This document shows positions 29,554 to 39,642 of a stretch of DNA of 64,000 nt, piece by piece. A program made the position numbers and the translations under genes. The stretch spans positions 1,056,001 to 1,120,000 of the forward strand of contig CAWCAG010000009.1 in assembly GCA_963793425.1 (NCBI GenBank), written 5' to 3'. How positions within the stretch are numbered: position 1 is the stretch's first letter; each line of letters opens with the position of its first letter. The notes under the pieces were generated by a model. The model saw nothing but the letters and a program-made list of their open reading frames with translations. It searched no databases and had not been told where the DNA came from. This stretch comes from an uncultured cyanobacterium (GTDB lineage: Bacteria; Cyanobacteriota; Cyanobacteriia; Cyanobacteriales; CAWCAG01).

Positions 29554-30651
29554 ATGGCACAAATACTCACTTTTTTAGGGAAAGGCGGTAGTGGTCGTAC
29601 CACAGTTGCGATCGCCGCAGCTAAACAGCTTTCTGCCCAAGGTTCTCGTGTTCTTTTGGCAGGACAAGACCCTAGCCCTGGCTTTAGTCTACTCTTGGGA
29701 GTTCCTCTGACCTCTGAACCCCAAGAAATTGCCCCCAACCTCAAAGTTGTCCAACTGCAATCTACCACACTGTTAGAGCAGAGTTGGGATGAGGTTAAAA
29801 AACTAGAGGCTAAATACTTGCGATCGCCGACATTAAAAAATGTTTATGGTCAAGAATTAAGCATTTTACCAGGGATGGATAGCGCCCTCGCTTTAAATGC
29901 GATTCGGGAATACAACCAAAGAGGCGATTATGATGTCATTATTTATGATAGTCCTGGAAACTTAGCAACCTTGAAAATGTTGGGCATTCCTGAAAGTTTA
30001 AGCTGGTATATTCGCCGCTTCCGTCAGGTATTTGTTGATTCTGATGTGGGTAAAGCTATTAGTCCTTTTATTCAACCTGTAAGCGCTGCTATTCTCAATG
30101 TAACTTGGACAGCAGATAGTTTCGCCAAAGAACCTACCAATGAAGCTAATAACATCCTGGAGGAGGGTAGAGCAGCCTTAGCAGATCCTAACCGAGTAGT
30201 TGCTTATTTAGTCACCAATGATGACCCAGTTGCGATCGCCACAGCTAAGTATCTTTGGGGTAGCGCCCAGCAAGTAGGTTTAACGGTAGGGGGAACTTTA
30301 CTCAATCAAGGGGAAACCACAGATGACATTACCACAGAATTTGCACCTTTAACAGTAACCCCCTTACCAAAACGCCAAGGAAATGATTGGCAAAATTTAA
30401 TTGATGCTTTACCTAATTTAAGAACAGTTCCTCAAGTCCCTAAACCGGTGGAAGTCGATACCGCAGCCCGTGAAGTGCGCCTATTTTTACCGGGATTAAA
30501 TAAAAAGCAGGTAAAACTAACTCAATATGGGCCAGAAATCACCATTGAAGCAGGAGATCAAAGACGCAACTTAACTTTACCACCCCAATTAAGTGGTCGT
30601 CCTGTCAAGGGTGCAAAGTTTCAAGATGGCTACTTGATTGTATCTTTTTGA
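29554..30651 (+). CDS. ArsA/Get3 family ATPase with C-terminal HSP20-like domain
   Basis: TFLGKGGSGRTT, LPGMDS, AGDQRRN..AKFQDGYL. Confidence 0.88.
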   Translation: MAQILTFLGKGGSGRTTVAIAAAKQLSAQGSRVLLAGQDPSPGFSLLLGVPLTSEPQEIAPNLKVVQLQSTTLLEQSWDEVKKLEAKYLRSPTLKNVYGQELSILPGMDSALALNAIREYNQRGDYDVIIYDSPGNLATLKMLGIPESLSWYIRRFRQVFVDSDVGKAISPFIQPVSAAILNVTWTADSFAKEPTNEANNILEEGRAALADPNRVVAYLVTNDDPVAIATAKYLWGSAQQVGLTVGGTLLNQGETTDDITTEFAPLTVTPLPKRQGNDWQNLIDALPNLRTVPQVPKPVEVDTAAREVRLFLPGLNKKQVKLTQYGPEITIEAGDQRRNLTLPPQLSGRPVKGAKFQDGYLIVSF

Positions 30652-30710
30652 AAGATAGGGAGTAGGGAGTAGGGAGTAGGGAGTAAAGCTTTGAGAAGTT
30701 TATCCTAACC

Positions 30711-33674
30711 TCACCTAATTGCTGGTGGTAAATCCGCCGGAGGAGGGGAATTGCGGCCAGGAGGTATGGGGGGAGAAGCCCCAGGAGGTTCTGGTAAAGG
30801 AGGAGGTGCGCCCTCTCCTTCTTCATTTTCTCCCTCTTTACCCGCAGCCTTATCTCCTCCAGACTCAGAAGAGCCTTCTTCCCCTTCCTTTTCCTTACCT
30901 GCTTCGTCTCCTTCTGCCCCTCCTGGAGATTCCTCCGCCCCTTCTTCTTGCTCTTGATCTCCTTCCCCCTCTACACCATCTGCCCTTTCTGCCCCTTCTT
31001 CTACTTCCTCCTCCGGCAGAAAACTCTCAATCGTCACAGAACGAGTTTTTTGCTCTCCTTCTGCATTGGTTACTTGTAGGATAATAGTCTCGCTACCCGG
31101 TTCCTTCCCTAAAGGAAAAGCAACCTTTCCCTGTTTATTTACAGTTCCGGGGGAGGGTAGCAACTCAACCTTAATATCTTTGCCCCCCGCAACTTGCCAC
31201 TCAATAATAATCGGCGTTGGTTGTGCTTGGTTGATGGGTACAGAATACTTAGGTTGGGCATCAACCCCATTAATAGTGAACTCAGCAATCTCAAAAGGTA
31301 CAGGTTGGGCAATCACTTTAATTATATCGGTTTGGGCTGGTTCGATGGGTTCTTCGGGTTTTTCTTGGGGAACTGGAGTTAATTCAAAAATATAACTCCC
31401 GGCTTTACTGGCCCCGGTAGATACAGACTGGCAGGTTAACTCTAATTTAACAATTACACAAAAACGATCTAACCCCACAGGAATACGGGCATTCTGACAC
31501 AGTTGCTGAGTTTGGTTACTTTCGCACAGTTCCACTAACTGCTGAAGATTCTTACCCCGTTTGCAAAGGGCTTGGTTAGCATTCTCTTCCTGGGAACATA
31601 ACCTAGCTAACTTCTGGGGATTGACGGTATCAAACTTAAAGGTTCTTTCTTTGCTATTAACGGAACCATCGGGGGCTTTACCCACCAATTTTAACTCCTT
31701 GATTTGATCAGCATCGCCAATTTTCCAATTCAAACGGATGCCGGGGCTAACTCTAACGGGAGGTTGCGGAGTTGCAACCGCAACGGTTTGGGTTTCTTGG
31801 TATTGAGGTTCTGTAGCCGCAAACTCCAACACTTGAGGAACAGGAATACCCGTAATCCGAACTGCACTAGTTTTCGCTGTTTCTACAGCACCTTTTTTAC
31901 GCCCTTGAGGAATTAGGGTTAACTCAAAAACATAATCCCCCGCTTTACGGGCATCAGTGGGAACATTCTGACAAACCAATTCCTGTTCCTGTTCGCAAAA
32001 ACCGTTTAGTTCTTTAGGTATACCATCCCGGAAATCATAGACAACTGGTTCGCTAGTTAATAAACCATCAGGAGAAACCCCCGATATTTGCAAAGTCTTG
32101 ATACGACGGGGATTATCAACACGCCAACTCAAACTTACCACATCTTCGTTAGCTTCTCGGTAAGTACTGCTATCAGGGACAAATTCCACAATTTCGGGCA
32201 AGGGTTTAGGGCGCAACAACCACCAAATCAAGAAAATCACAGTTGCAATCAGCCCTAAAACAGCTAAAGCAACTAATAAAAAATGCCACCAAGGGCGAGA
32301 TTGCCAAACTAAAGTTGCTTGAAAACGGTCGTTAATTAAGGGTAACTGCTGTACATCCTCAACTTCCACACTGAAGTTGATTGTACGGCCATAAAAGGGT
32401 CGCCGCCAGGACTTTTGTGGCTGTACTTCCAATTCAACTTTAGCCGATTCTCCTGGTAACAGGCGCAGTTGTTCTGGGGCTAAAGTGTAACTGCAAACTC
32501 CTCCCCCATCTACTTCCCTAGCATATAATCTTAATTCACGGGGAGTATTGCCCCCATTATGCAAACGCAACTCAAAAACTCCGGACTCATTTCTAATTGT
32601 TCCAACTACAGTTACTAGTTCAACATCTAATAAATAGATTCCTGACACTTGTAGATAAACAACATCTAAAAGAGCTAAATCGGGGTTGTTGGAAGAATAA
32701 AGACGCAGAGTGGGGGAGTAAACCCCAGCTAAAGTTCCTAAAGGAGGCTGGAAAAAGATTTCAATTTCCCCTTGTTCCCCTGGATTCAACTCTAACCCTG
32801 TATTCGCTACAATTAAACCCAATTCCTGCAAACCTTCAGGATATTTAACACTGACCCAATCCGAACCAAAATCAGGACAGCTTAAACGGAAACGATCTAC
32901 CCTGTCAGTGCGGTTGCGGACAATCGCCTGCATAACCAAAGCTTCGCCAATTTGGACGATTACCGGTTGAACAGAACTTGTGGTGGGTACAATGCTAAAA
33001 GTTGGGTCATTAACAGTTTGGGCTTCCTGAATAAAAGGAATGACCCGCAACCTACCGGGATTAAGGATGGGGGTATGTTCAGGATAATGTTCCTGGGCAT
33101 CAATTTTAAGGAGATATTTGTAAGCATCTGGTAATGCTTCTGGGGGAATATCAAATTGAAAAAATACCTCACTAGTTTGCCCCAAACCAAGGGCTAAGCG
33201 TTCATAGGGGGAACGACACCATTCATAGACAAATTCTGAAGTTTCGTCAATAGCAAGATCAATTAAAGCACTCTGGTTGCCTTGGTTAGATACTGTCACC
33301 CCCAACTCCACTGTAGAACCAGAAGTAGCAACCATCTCCCCAGAAGGATTAATAATAATAACTAAGGGTTTACCAGGGGTAAGAGATTGTTCTAGTATCT
33401 CCTGTATTCTTGCCCCTTGTTTAACCCCTAACTTCCGACTATAAAAAGTTTCTCCTTCAACAATATTGGACTGTAAAAAGTTCTCTTGAACGAGAAAGTT
33501 AAGTTCCCCAATAATTACTGCTTCATCTTGTTGCAGATGAGTAGCAACCTCTGTTAAGACTACTTCCCTATTTTCTCGACGTATCCAATTAACAATGTTT
33601 CTTTGACGAGGAGATAGGGCCAAAAGCCCCGCCATTGTTGTTCCTTCCTCAGTATTAAACCCGTCGCCCCTCAT
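30711..33674 (-). CDS. Large bitopic membrane protein: N-terminal wHTH, repeated Ig-like (COG1470-type) domains, TM helix, Cys-paired beta repeats, acidic/Pro tail
   Basis: 987-aa ORF; TM WWHFLLVALAVLGLIATVIFLIWWLL; repeated V.N.G/L.PGE motifs; two FC..C....AG.Y.FEL repeats. Confidence 0.75.
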   Translation of the reverse strand: MRGDGFNTEEGTTMAGLLALSPRQRNIVNWIRRENREVVLTEVATHLQQDEAVIIGELNFLVQENFLQSNIVEGETFYSRKLGVKQGARIQEILEQSLTPGKPLVIIINPSGEMVATSGSTVELGVTVSNQGNQSALIDLAIDETSEFVYEWCRSPYERLALGLGQTSEVFFQFDIPPEALPDAYKYLLKIDAQEHYPEHTPILNPGRLRVIPFIQEAQTVNDPTFSIVPTTSSVQPVIVQIGEALVMQAIVRNRTDRVDRFRLSCPDFGSDWVSVKYPEGLQELGLIVANTGLELNPGEQGEIEIFFQPPLGTLAGVYSPTLRLYSSNNPDLALLDVVYLQVSGIYLLDVELVTVVGTIRNESGVFELRLHNGGNTPRELRLYAREVDGGGVCSYTLAPEQLRLLPGESAKVELEVQPQKSWRRPFYGRTINFSVEVEDVQQLPLINDRFQATLVWQSRPWWHFLLVALAVLGLIATVIFLIWWLLRPKPLPEIVEFVPDSSTYREANEDVVSLSWRVDNPRRIKTLQISGVSPDGLLTSEPVVYDFRDGIPKELNGFCEQEQELVCQNVPTDARKAGDYVFELTLIPQGRKKGAVETAKTSAVRITGIPVPQVLEFAATEPQYQETQTVAVATPQPPVRVSPGIRLNWKIGDADQIKELKLVGKAPDGSVNSKERTFKFDTVNPQKLARLCSQEENANQALCKRGKNLQQLVELCESNQTQQLCQNARIPVGLDRFCVIVKLELTCQSVSTGASKAGSYIFELTPVPQEKPEEPIEPAQTDIIKVIAQPVPFEIAEFTINGVDAQPKYSVPINQAQPTPIIIEWQVAGGKDIKVELLPSPGTVNKQGKVAFPLGKEPGSETIILQVTNAEGEQKTRSVTIESFLPEEEVEEGAERADGVEGEGDQEQEEGAEESPGGAEGDEAGKEKEGEEGSSESGGDKAAGKEGENEEGEGAPPPLPEPPGASPPIPPGRNSPPPADLPPAIR

Positions 33675-33736
33675 TATTTCTTTCTTTTAGGTAGAAGTAA
33701 TTTGTTAGTGATCAATTAATAACTGATAACTGTTCA

Positions 33737-34498
33737 TTAACCAAGTTCTTTAGCTACAGAAGCAATAACCTTGCTTAAAGGATGATTAGGCTTGTGTAGA
33801 TAAAAGATACCGTTGCTTTGAAGTTGCATCATATCTTCTGAATGGGGTAGAATCCCTGCTAATGGTACGTTGTAGGTTTTTTCAACTTTATTTTTTAAGT
33901 CACCAAAATCAAGATTAGGTAAAGCTTTATTAATCATTAACAATAACTTAGGAACCCCCAAACGACGGGCTACTTCTACGGTGACAGCAGTGCCTTGAAA
34001 ATCTTGACTATCAGGGCGCAAAACAATAATCATAATGTCAGAAATGCTGATAGAAAGGAGAGTTTCTTCATTTAAGCCTGGGTGAGTATCAATAAAAAGA
34101 TAATCTAACTCCAACTCATCAATTAACTCGTAAAAACCATCACAAAGCAAGTCAAAATCAAAACCGTCTTTGAGAATTCTGGCAATATCTCCTGTTTTAA
34201 TGCTAGAAGGAATGAGAAAAATTTTCCCTGAGTTAGAAGAATTTTGCAGCAACGTACTCACATCGTAGCTAGCATCTTTAATAGAACAATGTCCCCAAAG
34301 AAAATCATTGAGGGAATTTTGAATTTGTCCTTCTTCAAAACCAAACAAAACATGAATCCCTGGAGATTGAATATCCGTATCGACAACCGCCACTCGCTTG
34401 CCAGTAAGGGCTACACTAACGGCAATATTAGCTGTGGTATTAGATTTTCCGGTTCCTCCCCGAAAGGAATGAATAGAGACGATTTTACTGTTAATCAT
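33737..34498 (-). CDS. MinD/ParA family ATPase
   Basis: SFRGGTGKS deviant Walker A, VDTDIQSPG, FIDTHPG, INK. Confidence 0.9.
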   Translation of the reverse strand: MINSKIVSIHSFRGGTGKSNTTANIAVSVALTGKRVAVVDTDIQSPGIHVLFGFEEGQIQNSLNDFLWGHCSIKDASYDVSTLLQNSSNSGKIFLIPSSIKTGDIARILKDGFDFDLLCDGFYELIDELELDYLFIDTHPGLNEETLLSISISDIMIIVLRPDSQDFQGTAVTVEVARRLGVPKLLLMINKALPNLDFGDLKNKVEKTYNVPLAGILPHSEDMMQLQSNGIFYLHKPNHPLSKVIASVAKELG

Positions 34499-34543
34499 TG
34501 ATCATTTAAGATTGTTAACTGCTCGTTGTTAACTATTAACTGT

Positions 34544-34882
34544 TTACGGTTCCTCTGTTAACTCTTGGAGAAACTGAGAAGATACTTTACCTTGGTTTTG
34601 CTCTGAAGAAGTAGGAGAATAATAAGTCCCCCCCTCAGCTTGGTTAGTTTGGAGAAATCCTGCTTTAATTAAATCTTCTAAATCTGAGGATACTATTTCT
34701 TGTTCCTTCTCTAAATAATTAGCTACTTCAGCTAAGGTACACTTTTTCTTGCGCCTAATCCAGTTAATTATGCGTCGTTGTTCTGGGGGTAAATGAAGAA
34801 TTTCTAAACTAGAACCTGCCCCCCTATTTCTAGATTGCCTACGCTTTTTGCCTAGAAAGTCCTCGAATTGGTCTTTACTCAT
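34544..34882 (-). CDS. Small winged-HTH protein
   Basis: LPPEQRRIINWIRRKKKCTLAEVANYL..LEDLIKAGFL. Confidence 0.75.
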   Translation of the reverse strand: MSKDQFEDFLGKKRRQSRNRGAGSSLEILHLPPEQRRIINWIRRKKKCTLAEVANYLEKEQEIVSSDLEDLIKAGFLQTNQAEGGTYYSPTSSEQNQGKVSSQFLQELTEEP

Positions 34883-35055
34883 AGCTACTTTTGTCCTTGC
34901 TTACCAGTGATTGTGACCTTGATTGTTGTTTTACACTACTAGCAATAAGTCTAAGATGCTCAATAGAGCCAAGAAGTAACAATCAGCTATAATCGTTGAC
35001 AGCTAGTTGCTATAACAACTAAAAAGTTTTTCAGTTTAGAAGAGATTTTATTTTC

Positions 35056-35286
35056 ATGACAGTAATTCAACTTGTACAAATTATTTGGGCTGCATCTGCT
35101 TTTCTGTTAATAGTCTTGGTACTATTACATAGCCCCAAGGGAGATGGCATTGGCGGTATTGGTGGCCAAGCTCAATTATTTACTAGCACAAAAAGTGCAG
35201 AAAAAACTCTCAACCGCATTACCTGGGCCCTTAGTATTACTTTTATTGCCTTAACTATTGTTTTGAGTGCAGGCTGGTTAGGGTAG
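35056..35286 (+). CDS. secG: Preprotein translocase subunit SecG
   Basis: LLHSPKGDGIGGIGG..AEKTLNRITW. Confidence 0.95.
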   Translation: MTVIQLVQIIWAASAFLLIVLVLLHSPKGDGIGGIGGQAQLFTSTKSAEKTLNRITWALSITFIALTIVLSAGWLG

Positions 35287-35440
35287 GCTACAGGGAGCAG
35301 GGAGCAGGAAGCAGGAAGCAGAGAGCAAGGTTTGAGAACTTTATTCCTTAGACATCTCCAAAAACTCCAATTTTTGTACGGAATTATAAGGGTTCCAGCA
35401 TAATTATTGGAGCAGTCTCTTGGTTTTATAAAGGTGCTTT

Positions 35441-36199
35441 ATGAACAGGATTTGGTATGACAAATTGCGTTTAGCGATCGCCTCTTGTTTATTTGTCATA
35501 ATTCTCGGCTTTGGTGCAAGGGGAAATGCCACTGATCCCATACCTCTACTAGCACAAGTTCATCCTTTACCCACTTCCTTATCACAATGGCAATATGAGG
35601 AAGCAGCAGGAGATTATTTTGCACAAGTTAAACCAATTCCTCACATTGGATACTTGATTTGGTCAGAATTCCCTGTTAAAGTTTATGTTGATAAACCCCA
35701 AGGTTCTCCGGAATTATCCTACGAAACTGTTAACTTTCCTCAATGGCGTAAAGCAGTTTTAGCTGCTGTGTCAGAATGGAATAATTACCTTCCTTTACAA
35801 GAAGTTGAGGAACCTGACCAAGCAGATATTCTGATCCTGCGTCAAGAACTATCTCCCAAGAAAATTTACAATCCCCAAACAGGTGAATTTCAAGGTACTC
35901 GCGCCCGTACAGCCACAACAGAGTATGAATTTTATTTTCGCAAAAGCCATGAAGGATCAGACATTCTAGCCCATCGCCTCAAAATTATCCTGAGTCCTTT
36001 TCAAACTGAGTTGAACCTCTTACCCGCAGCCCGTCACGAACTTGGCCATGGTTTGGGTATCTGGGGACATAGCTTAGAAGAAACAGACTGTCTCTACTTT
36101 TCCCAAGTCCGTAATCCTCCTCAAATTTCTGCTAGGGATATTAATACCCTCAAAAAGATTTACCAACAACCAACTAGTTTAGGTTGGCCAATTGACTAA
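35441..36199 (+). CDS. Matrixin-like secreted zinc metalloprotease
   Basis: Signal peptide; HELGHGLGIWGH; ISARDINTL. Confidence 0.88.
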   Translation: MNRIWYDKLRLAIASCLFVIILGFGARGNATDPIPLLAQVHPLPTSLSQWQYEEAAGDYFAQVKPIPHIGYLIWSEFPVKVYVDKPQGSPELSYETVNFPQWRKAVLAAVSEWNNYLPLQEVEEPDQADILILRQELSPKKIYNPQTGEFQGTRARTATTEYEFYFRKSHEGSDILAHRLKIILSPFQTELNLLPAARHELGHGLGIWGHSLEETDCLYFSQVRNPPQISARDINTLKKIYQQPTSLGWPID

Positions 36200-36212
36200 A
36201 CTCAACTAAGTA

Positions 36213-36250
36213 ATTGAAGCAGATTTGACTCTAAAAAAATCTGCTTCAAT
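36213..36250. terminator. Hairpin after the metalloprotease gene
   Basis: ATTGAAGCAGATTT...AAATCTGCTTCAAT, perfect 14-bp inverted repeat. Confidence 0.6.
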
Positions 36251-36426
36251 ACTTTTGTAAACGCCTGTATACTTCTTCTTCAATACTTCTTCTTCAGAGA
36301 AAATCTTGCTAAATTTGTATACGACATTTGGCCGAAGCCGATAGAGAAGTCAATAACTATGCTTAACAAATGCTTTCCTCAGTAAAAAGCGAGAAATCAT
36401 TTCAATCTTAAGGAGCAAATATAGTT

Positions 36427-36636
36427 ATGAACATCGCCTTAACCAATCTGAATGAATTACCCATCTTAACCGTCAACTCTTCTGAGGTTCCCTCCAAAGC
36501 ACTGCACTCTCAAGAAGACAATCAAGAGTTATGTCTAAGCGAATATCATAGTAAGCCTGCTAGTAAAGACAAAATCACCGCCTCTAAACCTCAACTTCAG
36601 CAAGTTGTTATTGAGGCAATGTGCGATCTTTTCTAG
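36427..36636 (+). CDS. Small hypothetical protein
   Basis: 69-aa ORF with AAGGAG RBS, fills an otherwise empty intergenic gap. Confidence 0.5.
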   Translation: MNIALTNLNELPILTVNSSEVPSKALHSQEDNQELCLSEYHSKPASKDKITASKPQLQQVVIEAMCDLF

Positions 36637-36779
36637 GAAAATTAGTTGAGTTTTATAGCGACAAAAATCAAAAGTCTCCACGGTCAACAGTTAACTAGAT
36701 TTTCGCATCATAGGTTGCATCTTTAACCCAATATTTTAGTTAAGAATTAAGACTGACTTGTTCCCTACATAATTTCCTT

Positions 36780-38390
36780 TTAAATTGTATTACCAACAAC
36801 TTCTTCTTGAGAATTTTGTTCTCTTTGCTGCAAAGCACCATAAAGGCGATTCAAAGCACTTACATAAGCCCTAGCAGAAGCAGTGATAATATCTGTATGA
36901 GCTGAATGTCCAGAATAAACTTTACCTTCATGGCGTAGGCGAATAGTCACCTCACCGATGGCATCAATACCCGCCGTAACTGACTTAACAGAAAATTCAA
37001 TTAATTCATTAGGTACATTAACCACGCGGTTAATAGCTTGATAAACTGCATCTACAGGCCCAGTACCAATAGCCGCATCACTTAATTCTTCCCCATCGGG
37101 GGTACGAAGGGTAACAGTCGCTGTAGGACGGGCATTATCGCCACAGGAAACCTGGACTAATTCTAGACGGAATAGTTCAGGGACTTGTTGAATTTCATCA
37201 TTAACAATTGCTTCCAAATCCCAATCGGTGATTTCTTTTTTCTTATCCGCTACATCTTTAAAACGGAGAAAAGCTTTATTAAGTTCTGTATCTGAAAGTT
37301 CAAAACCTAACTCTTGCAGGCGAGTACGAAAAGCATTGCGTCCTGAATGTTTGCCCAGGATAATTTGGTTATTATTTAAACCAATGGATTGGGCATCCAT
37401 AATTTCGTAGGTTAATTTATTCTTGAGAACCCCATCTTGATGAATACCAGATTCATGGGCGAAAGCATTAGTACCCACAATCGCTTTATTGGGCTGCACC
37501 ATCATCCCAGTTAGATTAGAAACCAAACGGGAGGTTTTGTAAATTTCGGGGGTATTAATTTTGGTTAATGATGCTTCTGATTCTGGTTTCCTGCCGAAGA
37601 AAGGGTTAAAATACTGCCTGCGGACGTGGAGGGCCATCACCAACTCTTCTAAAGCTGCGTTACCAGCCCGTTCACCAATGCCGTTGATAGTACATTCTAA
37701 TTGCCGCGCCCCGTTCTTCACAGCTTCTAAAAAGTTCGCCACGGCTAAACCTAAATCATTGTGACCATGAACAGAAATAATCGCTTGGTCAATATTCGGA
37801 ACGTTTTCCCTAATGCCGCCAATTAAGGCCCCAAATTCTGTGGGGGTAATGTAACCAACGGTATCAGGAATATTAATAGTTGTGGCCCCGGCTGCGATCG
37901 CCGCTTCAATCACTTCATAAAGAAAGTCTGGATCACTTCGTCCCGCATCTTCCGGGGAAAATTCCACATCATCAACAAAAGATTTAGCGTAAGCAACCAT
38001 TTCTGGAGCAATTTCTAATACTTCTTGCCGACTCTTCTTCAATTTATATTCTAAATGGATATCAGAAGTAGCAATAAAGGTATGAATCCGCGAATTGCAA
38101 GCAGGTTCGAGGGACTCAGCCGCTGCCTTAATATCTTGTTTCGTAGCCCTAGCCAAACTACAAATTGTCGGCCCATCCTCTATACCCACAATTTGAGCAA
38201 TTTGCTTGATCGCTTGAAAATCTCCCGGACTAGCGTAAGCAAAACCTGCTTCAATAATATCTACCCCTAGACGGGCTAATTGTCTAGCAATCAGTAGCTT
38301 TTCATCGGCGTTGAGGGTGGCCCCAGGAGACTGTTCTCCGTCCCGAAGTGTAGTATCAAAAATGATGATGCGGTCTGATTTGTTATTCAT
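36780..38390 (-). CDS. leuA: 2-isopropylmalate synthase
   Basis: [39 protein letters not shown]. Confidence 0.97.
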   Translation of the reverse strand: MNNKSDRIIIFDTTLRDGEQSPGATLNADEKLLIARQLARLGVDIIEAGFAYASPGDFQAIKQIAQIVGIEDGPTICSLARATKQDIKAAAESLEPACNSRIHTFIATSDIHLEYKLKKSRQEVLEIAPEMVAYAKSFVDDVEFSPEDAGRSDPDFLYEVIEAAIAAGATTINIPDTVGYITPTEFGALIGGIRENVPNIDQAIISVHGHNDLGLAVANFLEAVKNGARQLECTINGIGERAGNAALEELVMALHVRRQYFNPFFGRKPESEASLTKINTPEIYKTSRLVSNLTGMMVQPNKAIVGTNAFAHESGIHQDGVLKNKLTYEIMDAQSIGLNNNQIILGKHSGRNAFRTRLQELGFELSDTELNKAFLRFKDVADKKKEITDWDLEAIVNDEIQQVPELFRLELVQVSCGDNARPTATVTLRTPDGEELSDAAIGTGPVDAVYQAINRVVNVPNELIEFSVKSVTAGIDAIGEVTIRLRHEGKVYSGHSAHTDIITASARAYVSALNRLYGALQQREQNSQEEVVGNTI

Positions 38391-38496
38391 AACAATTAGC
38401 TAGGGTAGAGATAAGATATTGTTCTCTAGATATAAAATAAACTATAACAAGTTTCCCTACCGATGAGCGATTAGCGATTAGTCATAAATTCGCTCT

Positions 38497-39015
38497 TTAA
38501 AAATCATATTTTTCTATACGCTCACGGATATCATTTAAGTCTATGTAAGAATCTGTAACGTTTCTCAACTCCCTAGCGATCATTCCTTCTGTAGATACTA
38601 CGGTAATATGAGTATTCTTAGAGCGTAATAGCTCAATTGCTCTTTCAAAATCTCCATCACCACTAAAAAGAACTACACGATTATATTGTTCGCAGGTATT
38701 AAACATATCTACAACAATTTCTATATCAAGATTTGCTTTTTGAGAATAACGTCCGGAGTTATCATCGTAATATTCTTTAAGTATTTTTGTTCGTACTGTG
38801 TAACCTAAACTAATGAGTGCATCTCTAAACCCCCGTTGATCTTGAGAGTCTTTTAAGCCTGTATACCAAAAGGCGTTAACCAAGGTAAGTTCGGGAGGAC
38901 TTTTAAAATATTCTAATACGCGCCTGGGGTCAAAAAACCAACCATTTTTTTGCTGCGCGTAGAACATATTGTTCCCGTCCACGAAAATCGAAAGACGGTT
39001 CTCAGTGAAACGCAT
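38497..39015 (-). CDS. labA: LabA-family NYN domain protein
   Basis: FVDGNNMFYAQQKNGW, QKANLDIE, SGDGDF. Confidence 0.85.
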   Translation of the reverse strand: MRFTENRLSIFVDGNNMFYAQQKNGWFFDPRRVLEYFKSPPELTLVNAFWYTGLKDSQDQRGFRDALISLGYTVRTKILKEYYDDNSGRYSQKANLDIEIVVDMFNTCEQYNRVVLFSGDGDFERAIELLRSKNTHITVVSTEGMIARELRNVTDSYIDLNDIRERIEKYDF

Positions 39016-39481
39016 AAAGTTAATATATACCTAAAATTTACAAATAAAAAGATAGCAACTTACTATAGTAACAAGGTTTGCTCGTTGATTTAATAATAAA
39101 AAGTGCTTAGTAGCCAAAGAAAATTTTTGGTGAAAATTTCCCTCTCTGCTTGGGATTTTTATGGTTAGAGGATAAAAATAAATTTCAAAATCTCAATATT
39201 TTTGAGTAGGTTTGAAAACTATTTTCCTCTTTTATAAATGAGCCAAACACTAAGAAAGTGGGGATTTTCTGACCAGGTAATTTTAGGCTGAATTCCCCAC
39301 CACTGAACTATATTTTAATTTAGGCATTATTAAGACAATAGAGATTATTACCTATTAAATAAACTAGAAAGATATTCACAGCAAAAAACGAAACTACTAT
39401 TTTGGCCTCCCAACTCTACACTTATATTGAGATTATATGTTATCTAGATGACAAGATTGTCGCAGCTTAATGTTTACTGAA

Positions 39482-39612
39482 TTGACATCCTCCCACCGAT
39501 AAATCGGGGGATTCGGTTGAATCTAGAGGTTCTACATTCAACGACTCACCGTTAGACGACAGGGTAGCCCCAACAGCCCAAGAGGGCAAGTCTCCTGTAG
39601 CGTAAGTGAGGG
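39482..39612 (-). ncRNA. Orphan IS200/IS605 right end / TnpB omega-RNA-like scaffold
   Basis: Minus strand ACGCTACAGGAGACTTGCCCTCTTGG..TCTAACGGTGAGTCGTTGAA..GAATCCCCCGATTTATCGGTGGGAGGATGTCAA; subterminal hairpin followed by TCAA; no adjacent tnpB. Confidence 0.7.
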
Positions 39613-39642
39613 TCTTCTCTCACAAATTAGATAAATCGTTAA

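Noticed and set aside
30719..33190. Pro/Leu/Ser-rich alternative ORFs inside the 987-aa gene
   Set aside because: Shadows of the low-complexity tail and codon structure of the real gene
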